From: an uncultured Actinomycetes bacterium
GTDB lineage: Bacteria > Actinomycetota > Actinomycetes > Streptosporangiales > Streptosporangiaceae
DNA: 64,000 bases
Assembly (NCBI GenBank): GCA_963767385.1
Contig: CAVYEA010000012.1
Coordinates: forward strand, 7,450 to 71,449
Direction of reading: 5' to 3'
The first letter of the stretch is position 1. Each line of letters starts with the position of its first letter. This document shows, in pieces, positions 10,463 through 19,537 of this stretch. A model generated the notes under the pieces. It worked only from the letters and a program-made list of their open reading frames with translations, had not been told where the DNA came from and ran no database searches. The position numbers and the translations under genes are program-made.

Positions 10463-11470
10463 ATGGCGCTGAGTGATTTCCCGCGTTATCCGCTGATGTT
10501 CGGCCCGAGCCCGGTGCATCCGCTGGGCCGGCTGTCGGAGCATCTGGGCGGAGCCAGGATCTGGGCGAAGCGGGAGGACTGCAACTCCGGGCTCGCCTTT
10601 GGCGGCAACAAGGTCCGCAAGCTGGAGTACCTGGTGCCAGACGCGCTGGCGCAGGGAGCGGACACGCTGGTGTCGATCGGCGGGGTGCAGTCCAACCACA
10701 CCCGGCAGGTGGCGGCGGTCGCGGCCCGGGTCGGCCTCAAGGCCGTGCTGGTACAGGAAAGCTGGGTCGACTGGCCGGACCCGCTCAACGACCGGGTCGG
10801 CAACATCCTGCTGTCGCGGATCATGGGCGCCGACGTCCGGCTGGTCGACGCGGAGTTCGGGATCGGCGTCAAATCCAGCTGGGAGCGGGCCCTGGATGAG
10901 GTCCGGGCGGCCGGCGGGATTCCGTACCCCATCCCGGCCGGGGCCTCGGACCACCGGCTGGGCGGCCTGGGCTTCGCGAACTGGGCGTACGAAGTCCAGC
11001 AGCAGGAAGGCGACCTGGGGATCTTCTTCGACACCATCATCGTGTGCAGCGTCACCGGGTCGACGCAGGCTGGGATGATCGCGGGGTTCGCCGGGCAGGA
11101 CCGCCCGCGACGGGTGATCGGCATCGACGCGTCCGCGAAGCTGGGCGAAACCCGTGCCCAGGTAGCGAAGATCGCGCGCGCCACCGCCGGGCTGATCGGC
11201 CTCGGCCGCGACCTGCGCGAGGACGAGATCACCGTGCTGCCCGGCTGGGCCGGGGACTACTACGGCATCCCGGTGCGGTCCACGCTCGATGCGATCCGGC
11301 TCAGCGGCCGCCTCGAGGGCATGATCATCGATCCCGTCTACGAGGGCAAGTCCATGGCCGGGCTGATCGACCTCGTCCGCGGCGGCCAGGTCAGCCCTGA
11401 CTCCAACGTCCTGTATGCCCACCTCGGCGGCCAGCCTGCCCTCAACGCCTACAGCGCCCTCTTCCGTTGA
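10463..11470 (+). CDS. acdS: 1-aminocyclopropane-1-carboxylate (ACC) deaminase
   Basis: 335 aa from ATG 10463 with GGAGG upstream; PLP-lysine region [45 protein letters not shown], and ACC-deaminase-type VYEGKSM and [11 protein letters not shown]. Confidence 0.9.
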   Translation: MALSDFPRYPLMFGPSPVHPLGRLSEHLGGARIWAKREDCNSGLAFGGNKVRKLEYLVPDALAQGADTLVSIGGVQSNHTRQVAAVAARVGLKAVLVQESWVDWPDPLNDRVGNILLSRIMGADVRLVDAEFGIGVKSSWERALDEVRAAGGIPYPIPAGASDHRLGGLGFANWAYEVQQQEGDLGIFFDTIIVCSVTGSTQAGMIAGFAGQDRPRRVIGIDASAKLGETRAQVAKIARATAGLIGLGRDLREDEITVLPGWAGDYYGIPVRSTLDAIRLSGRLEGMIIDPVYEGKSMAGLIDLVRGGQVSPDSNVLYAHLGGQPALNAYSALFR

Positions 11471-11522
11471 GGTCTGGACGCATCACCGGCATCACCGCGC
11501 TGCGGCCGCCGGCGGGAACGGC

Positions 11523-12224
11523 CTACACGGCGATGAGCAGCATGCGGCTGGCCATCGCCGTGGTGGCGGCCAGGCTGTCGCACAGCAGCCCGCGGACGAC
11601 CGGATCGCTGCGGACTTCCCACAGCAGGAGACTGTTGTTCCAGGCCAGGTCCCGGGCCGAGTTGATCGACCACGAGGAGATGAGGTTGCAGACGGCCTGC
11701 AGGTGACGGTCGGCGGCGAGCTCGGGCGCCGATTCCAGGGATTGCCGGACGGACTGCTCCGCGGCATCCAGCAGCCGGTCCACCTTCTGGTAGTCGGCCA
11801 GATGCGTGCCCGCGGACGGCGAGGTGGCCAGCGCGGTGCAGGTGCCCGTGACCGCGAGAGGCAGATCATGATTGATGTGCGCGTTCATGCCAGCGAGGGC
11901 GAACTGAACCGGCTCGATGCCAGGCTGCGCGCGCTGCTCGATGAGCGGCCGCCAGGCCAGCGGCACCGCCGGCGGGGTATCCGCCGCATCCACCGCCTCG
12001 AAGTACAAGTTGGCGAAGGTGATGTCGAGCTTGGTCATGAAGGCGGGATCAGCGAAGAACCCGGCACTCAGGCCGCTGTTCACCTGCTTGGTGACCTCGA
12101 GGTACATCTGGTTGAAGCAGCCCAGCCCATCCCCGGCCGGAACAGAGGCAGCAATGGCCTCCATGCGGGCGATGGCGCCAGCGACCGACGTCACTGGCGC
12201 ATGCGCGGCCCCCCCGGCTGACAT
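11523..12224 (-). CDS. DUF5995-family protein
   Basis: 233-aa ORF; FNQMYLEVT..FAN.YF..GMNAHINHDLP pattern recalled for this family. Confidence 0.6.
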   Translation of the reverse strand: MSAGGAAHAPVTSVAGAIARMEAIAASVPAGDGLGCFNQMYLEVTKQVNSGLSAGFFADPAFMTKLDITFANLYFEAVDAADTPPAVPLAWRPLIEQRAQPGIEPVQFALAGMNAHINHDLPLAVTGTCTALATSPSAGTHLADYQKVDRLLDAAEQSVRQSLESAPELAADRHLQAVCNLISSWSINSARDLAWNNSLLLWEVRSDPVVRGLLCDSLAATTAMASRMLLIAV

Positions 12225-12322
12225 GGCGTCACTATACGGTCATCGCCACCTGCCAGGAAGGACTGGCGGCCGGTGAACGCCGGCCCCGCTTCGCGCGATC
12301 GGGTGCTCGCGGGGCGCTGCCG

Positions 12323-12712
12323 CTAGGGATGGGCTAGCTGCCCAATTTCGCACACGGTGTGCCCCGTCTTCGGGCAGGTCCACACGGCCAGGCCGTCCCG
12401 CTCGACCGCGGACAGTGGATGGGAGTGCGGGTGGTGCGGGCATTGCGGCCAGTTGGTTGGCTGGCCGATGCTGCACAGCTCTTCAACCGCCCATTCCTGG
12501 ACCTGGTCGGCTACCGAGGCGATCCGTACCGGGAGCGGCTCGCCGGTTATCGCGAAAACGCCCTGACCCCAGCCGCCCGGGCTGTACAGCATGGCCGTCA
12601 GCTCGCCACCGACGGTGGACCACTGCTCGTCCCGGACATCAGGGGTGACCGAGCCGGAGTTCTCCAGGTCGCGGAGCACGGGGGTGAGCGCTTCGGCCAG
12701 GGCGTTGTCCAC
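12323..12712 (-). CDS. hypothetical protein with Cys/His-rich C-terminus
   Basis: 129-aa ORF of normal composition; C-terminal WPQCPHHPHSHP..WTCPKTGHTVC. Confidence 0.5.
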   Translation of the reverse strand: MDNALAEALTPVLRDLENSGSVTPDVRDEQWSTVGGELTAMLYSPGGWGQGVFAITGEPLPVRIASVADQVQEWAVEELCSIGQPTNWPQCPHHPHSHPLSAVERDGLAVWTCPKTGHTVCEIGQLAHP

Positions 12713-12833
12713 GAGGACCTCCTCTAGCGAGGCGCAATGCTAAAGCCAGCCCGAGCACGGCGGCAAGAGAAATGCCCTGGCGCCGTCAGCACCAGTCACT
12801 GAATGAGAGCTCAGCGCTGGCGTGCGCGCCCGG

Positions 12834-13600
12834 CTAGTTCCCGTGCGGGTCGGACGCGTTGAGCGTCGCGACGACCTGGTCGTAGTCGCCGCGGGCCTCG
12901 CCGTAGCGGAGGAACTTCACCCGCTCGACCTGGATTTCCTTGGCGTCAGGCTGCGCCTCGAGCAGCGCGATGGCCTCGGCCATGAACTCGTCGAGCGGCA
13001 TCGCGACCTCGCTGCTCCTCCTGTCCGGGCAGCAGCGAGGTGCGGACGGACGGCGGCACGAGCTCGATGACCTGTACGGTGGTGTCGGCGAACTGCAGCC
13101 GGATCGACTCGCTGAGCATGTGGATCGCGGCCTTGGACGCGTTGTAGCTCGGCGTCACCGCCAGCGGCGTGAACGCCAGGCCCGAGGAGACGGTCACGAT
13201 GGTGGCGTCCGGCTGCGCCTGCAGGTGCTCGATGAACGCGGCGATGAGCCGGATCGGGCCGAGCACGTTGGTCGTGATGACCGACTCGGCCGAGGCGAGG
13301 AACGACTCGGGCTTGCGCCAGTCCTCGATCCGCATGATGCCGGCCATCGCCACCAGGACGTTGAGGTCCGGGTGCCTGGCCAGCACTTCCTTCGCGGCGG
13401 AGTCGATGCTGGCCGGGATCGCGGTGTCGATCTGCACGGTGTCGATGCCGGGGTGCGCGGCCGCGATCTGCTCGAGCAGGTCGGCGCGCCGGCCGCCGAC
13501 GATGACCGTGTTGCCCCCTGGCCTGCAGCTCCAGCGCCAGGGCGAGGCCGATGCCGCTGGTGGAGCCGGGGATGAAGACGGTGTTCCCTGAGATGTTCAT
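12834..13600 (-). pseudogene. short-chain dehydrogenase/reductase, two frameshifts
   Basis: MNISGNTVFIPGSTSGIGLALALELQARG (frame 1), then NTVIVGG..YNASKAAIH.. (ORF 12946..13437), then EVAMPLDEFMAEAIALLEAQ..DPHGN* (frame 3); first shift in the C5 run 13514-13518, second near 13010. Confidence 0.75.
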
Positions 13601-13708
13601 GCCTCCAGCCTTGCCGAGTCGGGCGCGGCGGGTGCAGAGAGCGGTTATCGGGGGATCGGCGATCCCTGGCTGGCGGCACGCCCGCGGCGCCGGCCGGATA
13701 ATGGGTGC

Positions 13709-14562
13709 ATGGACCGCGCAGCGCTGGCCGACTTCCTGCGCCGCCGCCGTGAGGCGCTGCAGCCGCAGGACGTCGGGCTGCCCGCGGGCGCGCGGCGCCG
13801 GACCCGCGGCCTGCGGCGTGAGGAGGTCGCGGCGCTCGCCGCGATGTCGGCCGACTACTACACGCGGCTCGAGCAGCAGCGCGGCCCGCAGCCGAGCGAG
13901 CAGATGCTCGCGTCGCTCGCCCGGGCGCTGCGGCTGACGGGCGACGAGCGCGACTACCTGTTCCAGGTCGCGGGGCACAACCCGCCGATGCCGGCAGCGG
14001 CCGCCGACGCACGTCGCCCCGGCGCTGCTGCGGGTGCTCGACCGCCTGAGCGACACCCCGGCGCTCATCTTGTCCAACCTCGGCGAGACGCTGGTGCAGA
14101 ACCGGATGGCGGCCGCGCTGTTCGGCGACAAGTCCGGCTACACGGGCCTGGCCCGCAGCGAGATCTACCGCTGGTTCACCGATCCGGCCGAGCGGCTGCG
14201 CTACCCCGAGGCACGACCGCGACCGGCAGAGCCGCGCCCAGGTCGCGAACCTGCGCGCCGCCTACGGGTCGATGGGCCCGCGGTCGCGGGCCGGCGAGCT
14301 CGTGCGGGCGCTGCAGAAGGCCAGCCCGGAGTTCGCCGCGCTGTGGGAACGGCACGAGGTCGGCAGGCGCTTCGAGGACCACAAGACGCTCATCCACCCC
14401 GAGCTCGGCCCGATCGAGCTGGACTGCCAGGTGCTGTTCACCGAGGACCAGTCCCAGGCGCTGCTGGTGCTCACCGCTCCCCCGCGCACCGAGGGCTACG
14501 AGAAGCTGCAACTGCTCGCCGTCCTCGGGCAGGAGCGCTTCGCCGGGACAGGGCGCAGCTAG
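13709..14562 (+). pseudogene. MmyB-like XRE-family transcriptional regulator, two frameshifts
   Basis: HTH part in ORF 13709.., middle (LLRVLDRLSDTPALILSNLGETLV..) in ORF 14034.., C-terminal (..HKTLIHPELGPIELDCQVLFTEDQSQALLVLTAPP..) in ORF 14272..14562; shifts near 14005-14012 and 14204-14212. Confidence 0.75.
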
Positions 14563-15101
14563 CCAGCGGTCCCCGCGCCGGGCCGGATATAGCTGAGGCC
14601 GAAGTCGTGTTTCCAGTCCCGCCCGTCCTCGGACATTTCCCAGGCGCCCGTGATCGTGGCGCCGTCGCCGGAGATCACCCCGGTGTAGCGCTGCCAGAAC
14701 CCGGCGGCCTCGCGCCACAGCTTCCAGGTCCTGCCGTCCAGGCTCATCCCGTACACCCGGGCGACTCCGCGTGAGTCGTAGTAGTGCTGCGAGAAGGTTC
14801 CCGGCTCCCCGCCCGCGCCGATGATCGCGATGCCGCTCGGGGCGGCGGGGTCGTCGGCGGCGAACCGCTGGATGAGGAAGAACCTGCCGTCCAGCCATTC
14901 GAAGGTAGTCCGGCCGCCGCGGCGGGTCATGGCGGGGCTCCCGGGGCCGAAGTAGCCGGCCTCGAAGGAAGCCTCCATCTCCCACTGGCCGGTCAGGAGA
15001 TCCAGGCGGCCGAGCGAAGCGGGGCGCCCGCCGGGGATGTCGCCGGGGCTGCCGGGGTGGCTGTCCGGGTTCTGATCTGGCGGGTCACCGGCGCTTGTCA
15101 T
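14559..15101 (-). CDS. hypothetical beta-barrel-type protein (DUF1579-like)
   Basis: ORF 14559..15185, start ATG 15101; last gene of the ArsR-SRPBCC operon (overlaps the upstream stop). Confidence 0.6.
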   Translation of the reverse strand: MTSAGDPPDQNPDSHPGSPGDIPGGRPASLGRLDLLTGQWEMEASFEAGYFGPGSPAMTRRGGRTTFEWLDGRFFLIQRFAADDPAAPSGIAIIGAGGEPGTFSQHYYDSRGVARVYGMSLDGRTWKLWREAAGFWQRYTGVISGDGATITGAWEMSEDGRDWKHDFGLSYIRPGAGTAG

Positions 15102-15603
15102 GGTCCCGGCCCTTCTGGTCATGGGCTCCCGCTCGCAGGCTGGCGAGCAGTTCTTCCAGGCGGTCGGCGGAGTCACGGACGCCATGCTCCATGCCGGAGG
15201 CGACCATGGCGTCGCGGTCCTGGACGGACTGGAAGCTGGAGACGGTGCGCATCACCGTCGTGCCGCCGCGCTGCTCGAAGGTGGTGGTGTCGAGCTTGAC
15301 GTGCCCGGGAGCGCCTTCGAACTCGAAGGTCGCCACGATGGCGTCGGGAGACGGGGTTCCGTGGAAGACGCCGTGGAAGCCGTACTCGTGGCCCTGCGCG
15401 TCCTGGTGGATGTACCGCCACGTGCCGCCGTTGCGCACGTCATAGCAGTCGATGGTCATCGTCAGGTCGCGCGGGCCCAGCCACTGCACCAGCAGGCGCG
15501 GGTCGGTGTGTGCCCGGAACACCAGGTCGCGCGGGGCGTCGAAGTCCCTGGTGATGATGACCTGCGGCACGCCGGGCTCGGCGGTGATCACTGTCTTACT
15601 CAT
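15085..15603 (-). CDS. SRPBCC-superfamily protein (AHSA1/Aha1-like)
   Basis: Start ATG 15603 (MSKTVITAEPGVPQVIITRDFDAPRDLVFRAHTDP); typical partner of ArsR regulators; 8-nt overlap with the ArsR gene. Confidence 0.85.
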   Translation of the reverse strand: MSKTVITAEPGVPQVIITRDFDAPRDLVFRAHTDPRLLVQWLGPRDLTMTIDCYDVRNGGTWRYIHQDAQGHEYGFHGVFHGTPSPDAIVATFEFEGAPGHVKLDTTTFEQRGGTTVMRTVSSFQSVQDRDAMVASGMEHGVRDSADRLEELLASLRAGAHDQKGRDHDKRR

Positions 15604-15979
15604 CGTCGTTTCCTTCCGCCGGGGCCGCCTCGTCGCGGCCGGGGCCGTCGTCATGGCCGGCTTGCAGGGCCGCGAGCAGGTCATCGAGCCGCTCGTGACT
15701 CTCGTCCCAGAACTGCTGGTAGCGGGCGAGCCAGGTGGTGACATCGCGGAGCGGGCCGGCCTGCAGGCGGCTGAGCCGGGCCGTCGCCCGCCGGGTGCGG
15801 GAGATCAGGCCGGCCTTCTCCAGCACCTTGAGGTGCCGGGAGATGGCCGGCTGGGACATGTCGAACGGCTCGGCGAGCTCGGCGACGGTCGCCTCGCCGT
15901 CGGCCAGCCGGGTCAGGATCGCCCGCCGGGTCGGATCGGCGAGCGCCCCGAAGACAAGGCCGAGCCGGTCAGTCGTCAT
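15596..15979 (-). CDS. ArsR/SmtB-family transcriptional regulator
   Basis: FGALADPTRRAILTRLADGEATVAELAEPFDMSQPAISRHLKVLEKAGLI. Confidence 0.9.
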   Translation of the reverse strand: MTTDRLGLVFGALADPTRRAILTRLADGEATVAELAEPFDMSQPAISRHLKVLEKAGLISRTRRATARLSRLQAGPLRDVTTWLARYQQFWDESHERLDDLLAALQAGHDDGPGRDEAAPAEGNDDE

Positions 15980-15981
15980 CC

Positions 15982-16013
15982 ATAACCAATCTCTTTTAAA
16001 ACTACTTGATTAT
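15982..16013 (-). promoter_or_regulatory. AT-rich promoter/operator candidate of the ArsR operon
   Basis: Only AT-rich patch locally; imperfect inverted repeat ATAACCAA-N16-TTGATTAT immediately upstream of the ArsR start. Confidence 0.35.
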
Positions 16014-16044
16014 AGAGTGGCTGCGCGGCTCGCGCCTGTCAAGT

Positions 16045-16113
16045 CCCCGCCGGACTCCGGCCCGCTCAGGACCCCGGCCCCCCGCCGGACTCCGGCCCGC
16101 TCAGGACCCGGCC
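16045..16113. repeat. 35-bp tandem direct repeat, 2 copies
   Basis: CCCCGCCGGACTCCGGCCCGCTCAGGACCC(C)GGCC at 16045 and 16080, one 1-nt indel between copies. Confidence 0.85.
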
Positions 16114-16143
16114 CCGCCGGGCCGCTGCTGAAATGCAGCCGGC

Positions 16144-18732
16144 CTACTTCCCCTCCGGCTGGCCTCCGCGGCGGCGGGACTCGATCTCCCGCCCGACCAT
16201 GGTGACCAGGTCCGGGTAGGCGGACAGGCCCCACAGGACCTCGGGCGGGATGCCCAGCTGACGGCCGGCCTGCGCCACCACCGGCTGGCTCATCCCGAGC
16301 GCGGCGGCCAGGCCCTCGTCCCGCTGGAAGGTCGGCGGCAGGTCATCGAGGGACAGCACGGACGGACGGTGGAACCGGCCGTCCGGCCCGGGCAGCCAGG
16401 CTTCCCGCGCGGCCGCCTCCCCGAACGCGGACCGGGCCGGCTGCTGGGTGGAATCGGCGAAACCGTCGCGCACCGACGACTCGATGATGCCCGCGACCAG
16501 GTGCCGGCGCGGAGCCAGCAGCACATTCCAGACGAACTCCGACCGGGCCGGCCCGGGATGGGCCAGCGCGAACTCCAGCCCGTCGACCTGCGCCTCCGGA
16601 TCGAACCCGGCCAGGCCGCGCTCGTGCCGGGCGAAGCCGTCGACCAGCAGGACGTGCCCGAGCGCGCCGGGCGGGCGGGCCGTGACCACGACCGTGTCCC
16701 GGACGCCCATGCCGCGCAACTGGGACAGCCACGGCCCGTACTCATCGGCGGCGAACCAGGCCCCGGGATTCCCGTCGAAGTACAGCTCCAGGTCCCTGGA
16801 CCGCTGGTACAGCCGCGGCGGCGGGAACAGGCGCCGCTCCCCCGTGGCCGCGTTCTCGCCGGCCAGGAACGCGGTCTCCCGCAGCCGCCGCAGCAGCTCA
16901 TCGCGCCGCCCGGCCGGGGCCTCGCCGACCGCGCGCATGATGACGTCGAGGTCCGCGTCGTGCTGGACCGGGTCGAGGGCGGCGACGTCCAGCCCCTCGT
17001 ACCGGGGCAGGATGCCGTCCAGGACCTGCGCGACCAGGTCGGGCTCGGTGAGGCCGAGGGCCTCCAGGAACCGCCGGGCCGCGGGCACATCCGCGACGGC
17101 CCGCCGGGCCACGGGCAGCCCGGCCACGCTCCCGCCCCCGGTCCCGCCGCCGCCGTCACGGCCCCGGCCCGCCGCGCTCGCACCTGCCCCGCTCCCCGGC
17201 ACGGCGCTCCCGGGCACGAGCGCCCCCGGCAGGTACGCCCCCGGCCACTGCGCGGAGTCACCCGGGACCACATGGCGGCCGTCCTCCAGCCGGAGGATCG
17301 GCTGCTGCCGCGCCGGGCCCGGCTGCTCCCCCGCCGGGCCGGCCTCCCGCCACAGGCTGGGGCGGGCGTCCAGGTAGGCGTACAACGCGGCGATCCACTC
17401 GTCCGGCTGGGCGGCCAGGAACTCCACACTGAGCCGCGCGGCCAGGTCCGCCCCGGTCACTTCCCCGATGCCCAGCTCGTCACGGAGGTACCGGTACAGC
17501 TGAGGTGTCTCGTTGGGCGTGATGGTCTCGGCGGTGAAATGGAGCGGTCCCGGGCGGGAGTACAGCGACCCGAGCTGAGCGGGGCGCAGCAGGCCGCGCA
17601 GGCCCGGGTCCCCGGCCAGCTTCAGGCTCGCCGCGGCGGCGTGGCCCCCGTCCGCGGCCGGGATCAGCTCCTCGGCGGCCAGCGCGGCGCGCACCGTGTC
17701 GAACAGCGGCCGCAGCAGCGAGCCGGGCGGGAAGCGCGCGGCCTCCAGCGGCATGGCCTGCAGCACCTCAGCGGTGAGCAGCCCGTCCGCGCGCAGTTCG
17801 CGCAGTACCCCGCCGAGCAGCGCGGCGGTCTCGCGGGCCAGCAGCATGTTGGCCGGGTCATGCTCGGGGACGTTGTCGCGGGCGGGCGTGGTCCGGTACG
17901 GGCCCTGCACGGCGAAGCCGAGGAAGGTCTCCTTCTCCGTCGGGAAGAACACCACGAGCGGGATGCCCTCGCAGCTGGCCAGGCGCTCGCCGCCCGCGGC
18001 GTCACTGGCCCGGAAGGCGACCTCCACGCGCTGTCCCGGATGCCCGGCGGCGTCCAGGTCCCGGTGCCAGGCCAGCCACGTTTCCTGGTCGCCCGCGGGC
18101 TGGCGGGACACGGTGACCTGACGGCGCGGGCCGGCCCCGGCGGCCACGGAGCGCTCGGCGAGCGCCCCCGCGACACCTGCGCCGCCCACCCTGATGCGCT
18201 GGATGCTGCGCAGGAAGAGCAGGGTGCGCGGCTCGAACTGGCTCAGGGCCGTGGCTATCTCCGCCGCCGCGGTCTCCGGCGGCACCTCGCCGTGGTCGAA
18301 CGGGAAGACGAAGACGGTTCCGGCGGCGGGCTCACCCGGGCCGAGGGGCGCCGGGCGGACGTAGTGGTCGATCCGGAAGCGCTCCCCGCCGCTGCAGATC
18401 CGCGGGCTCCGGGTGTACGCGTACACGGACTTGAACCCGATGCCGAACTGGCCGATCGCGGTGAGGTCGGCCGCCTTGGTGCTCGCGCCGACCCCGCAGA
18501 CGCCCCGGACGTCGGCCTCGGTGAACGGCCGGCCGTCGTGCCGCACCTCCAGCCGGTCCGCGAACAACTCGAACGCCATCTCGGTCGCCCCGGCGTCCTC
18601 CGCGTTCTGGATCAGCTCGAAGATGAAGTGGGTGCGCTCGCTGTACAGCCGGCCGAGCAGGTCCAGCACGGCCGTGTCCCAGCCGTAGCGGGCAATGTTC
18701 TCGTCGCGGATCTTCTGGTAATCAGCTGGCAC
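16144..18732 (-). CDS. sacsin/MORC-like GHKL (Bergerat-fold) ATPase with large uncharacterised C-terminal region
   Basis: 862 aa, GTG start; N-box FELIQNAEDAGA, HDGRPF, GQFGIGFKSVY; FFPTEKETFLGFAVQGPYRTTPARDNV segment typical of bacterial sacsin-like proteins; Gly-rich insert around 17130-17230. Confidence 0.85.
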   Translation of the reverse strand: MPADYQKIRDENIARYGWDTAVLDLLGRLYSERTHFIFELIQNAEDAGATEMAFELFADRLEVRHDGRPFTEADVRGVCGVGASTKAADLTAIGQFGIGFKSVYAYTRSPRICSGGERFRIDHYVRPAPLGPGEPAAGTVFVFPFDHGEVPPETAAAEIATALSQFEPRTLLFLRSIQRIRVGGAGVAGALAERSVAAGAGPRRQVTVSRQPAGDQETWLAWHRDLDAAGHPGQRVEVAFRASDAAGGERLASCEGIPLVVFFPTEKETFLGFAVQGPYRTTPARDNVPEHDPANMLLARETAALLGGVLRELRADGLLTAEVLQAMPLEAARFPPGSLLRPLFDTVRAALAAEELIPAADGGHAAAASLKLAGDPGLRGLLRPAQLGSLYSRPGPLHFTAETITPNETPQLYRYLRDELGIGEVTGADLAARLSVEFLAAQPDEWIAALYAYLDARPSLWREAGPAGEQPGPARQQPILRLEDGRHVVPGDSAQWPGAYLPGALVPGSAVPGSGAGASAAGRGRDGGGGTGGGSVAGLPVARRAVADVPAARRFLEALGLTEPDLVAQVLDGILPRYEGLDVAALDPVQHDADLDVIMRAVGEAPAGRRDELLRRLRETAFLAGENAATGERRLFPPPRLYQRSRDLELYFDGNPGAWFAADEYGPWLSQLRGMGVRDTVVVTARPPGALGHVLLVDGFARHERGLAGFDPEAQVDGLEFALAHPGPARSEFVWNVLLAPRRHLVAGIIESSVRDGFADSTQQPARSAFGEAAAREAWLPGPDGRFHRPSVLSLDDLPPTFQRDEGLAAALGMSQPVVAQAGRQLGIPPEVLWGLSAYPDLVTMVGREIESRRRGGQPEGK

Positions 18733-18846
18733 CGGTAACCTCCCGGTCCCACCGTAGGCCCCGGATCATGGATTACCGGCCGGCCTGCGCGCTGTTACTG
18801 GAAGGCAGCGGCAGCAGGGAGCAGCGGGAACCAAGGAGGGCATGTC

Positions 18847-19491
18847 ATGCAGGTGGAGATGTGGGGCGACCTGGTCTGCCCGTGGTGTTACCTGGGCCGT
18901 GCCCGGTTCCGCCGGGCCCTGGCCAGTTTCCCGCACCGCGACCAGGTCGAGGTGGTGTACCGGTCGTTCGAGCTCGACCCGGACTTCCCGCCCGGCCAGC
19001 AGGTCAAGACCCTTGACATGCTCAGCAGCAAGTACGGGATGAGCCCCGCGCAGGCCCAGGCGGCCGAGCAGCGGGTGGCCGGCCTGGCCGCCGCGGAGGG
19101 GCTCCCGTTCAGCGCGGACCGCGGGCACGGCAACACGCTCGACGCGCACCGGCTGTCCCACCTGGCCGCTGACCGCGACGCCCAGGATGCGGTGCTCGAC
19201 GCCCTGTACCGGGCGCATTTCAGCGGGGAGCAGTCCATCTTCGAGGCCGGCCCGCTGGCCGCCGTGACGGCCGCCGCCGGGCTCGACCCCGGCGAGGTGG
19301 ACACGGTGCTGTCCGGTGACGCCTACACCGACGCGGTCCGGGCCGACGAGCAGCGCGCCCGCCAGCTTGGCATCACCGGGGTCCCGTACGCGGTAGCGGC
19401 GGGCCTGCTCGCCGTGCCCGGCTGCCAGCCGGCCGAGCTGTACGCCGACCTGCTCAGCGCCGCCTGGGAGGAGGCGTCCCCCGCCGCCTGA
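18847..19491 (+). CDS. DsbA-family (FrnE-like) thiol-disulfide oxidoreductase
   Basis: 214 aa; active site CPWC (WGDLVCPWCYLG); GITGVPY near the C-terminus. Confidence 0.85.
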   Translation: MQVEMWGDLVCPWCYLGRARFRRALASFPHRDQVEVVYRSFELDPDFPPGQQVKTLDMLSSKYGMSPAQAQAAEQRVAGLAAAEGLPFSADRGHGNTLDAHRLSHLAADRDAQDAVLDALYRAHFSGEQSIFEAGPLAAVTAAAGLDPGEVDTVLSGDAYTDAVRADEQRARQLGITGVPYAVAAGLLAVPGCQPAELYADLLSAAWEEASPAA

Positions 19492-19537
19492 GCGGCGCGG
19501 CCTTGCGGGACGGGCGCGGCCACCAGGGGCAGGACGG

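Noticed and set aside
16369-18738. 789-aa ORF on the plus strand, antisense to the GHKL ATPase gene
   Set aside because: Its composition is Arg/Gly/Pro/Ala-dominated, typical of a shadow ORF in high-GC DNA. The minus-strand frame carries clear family motifs.
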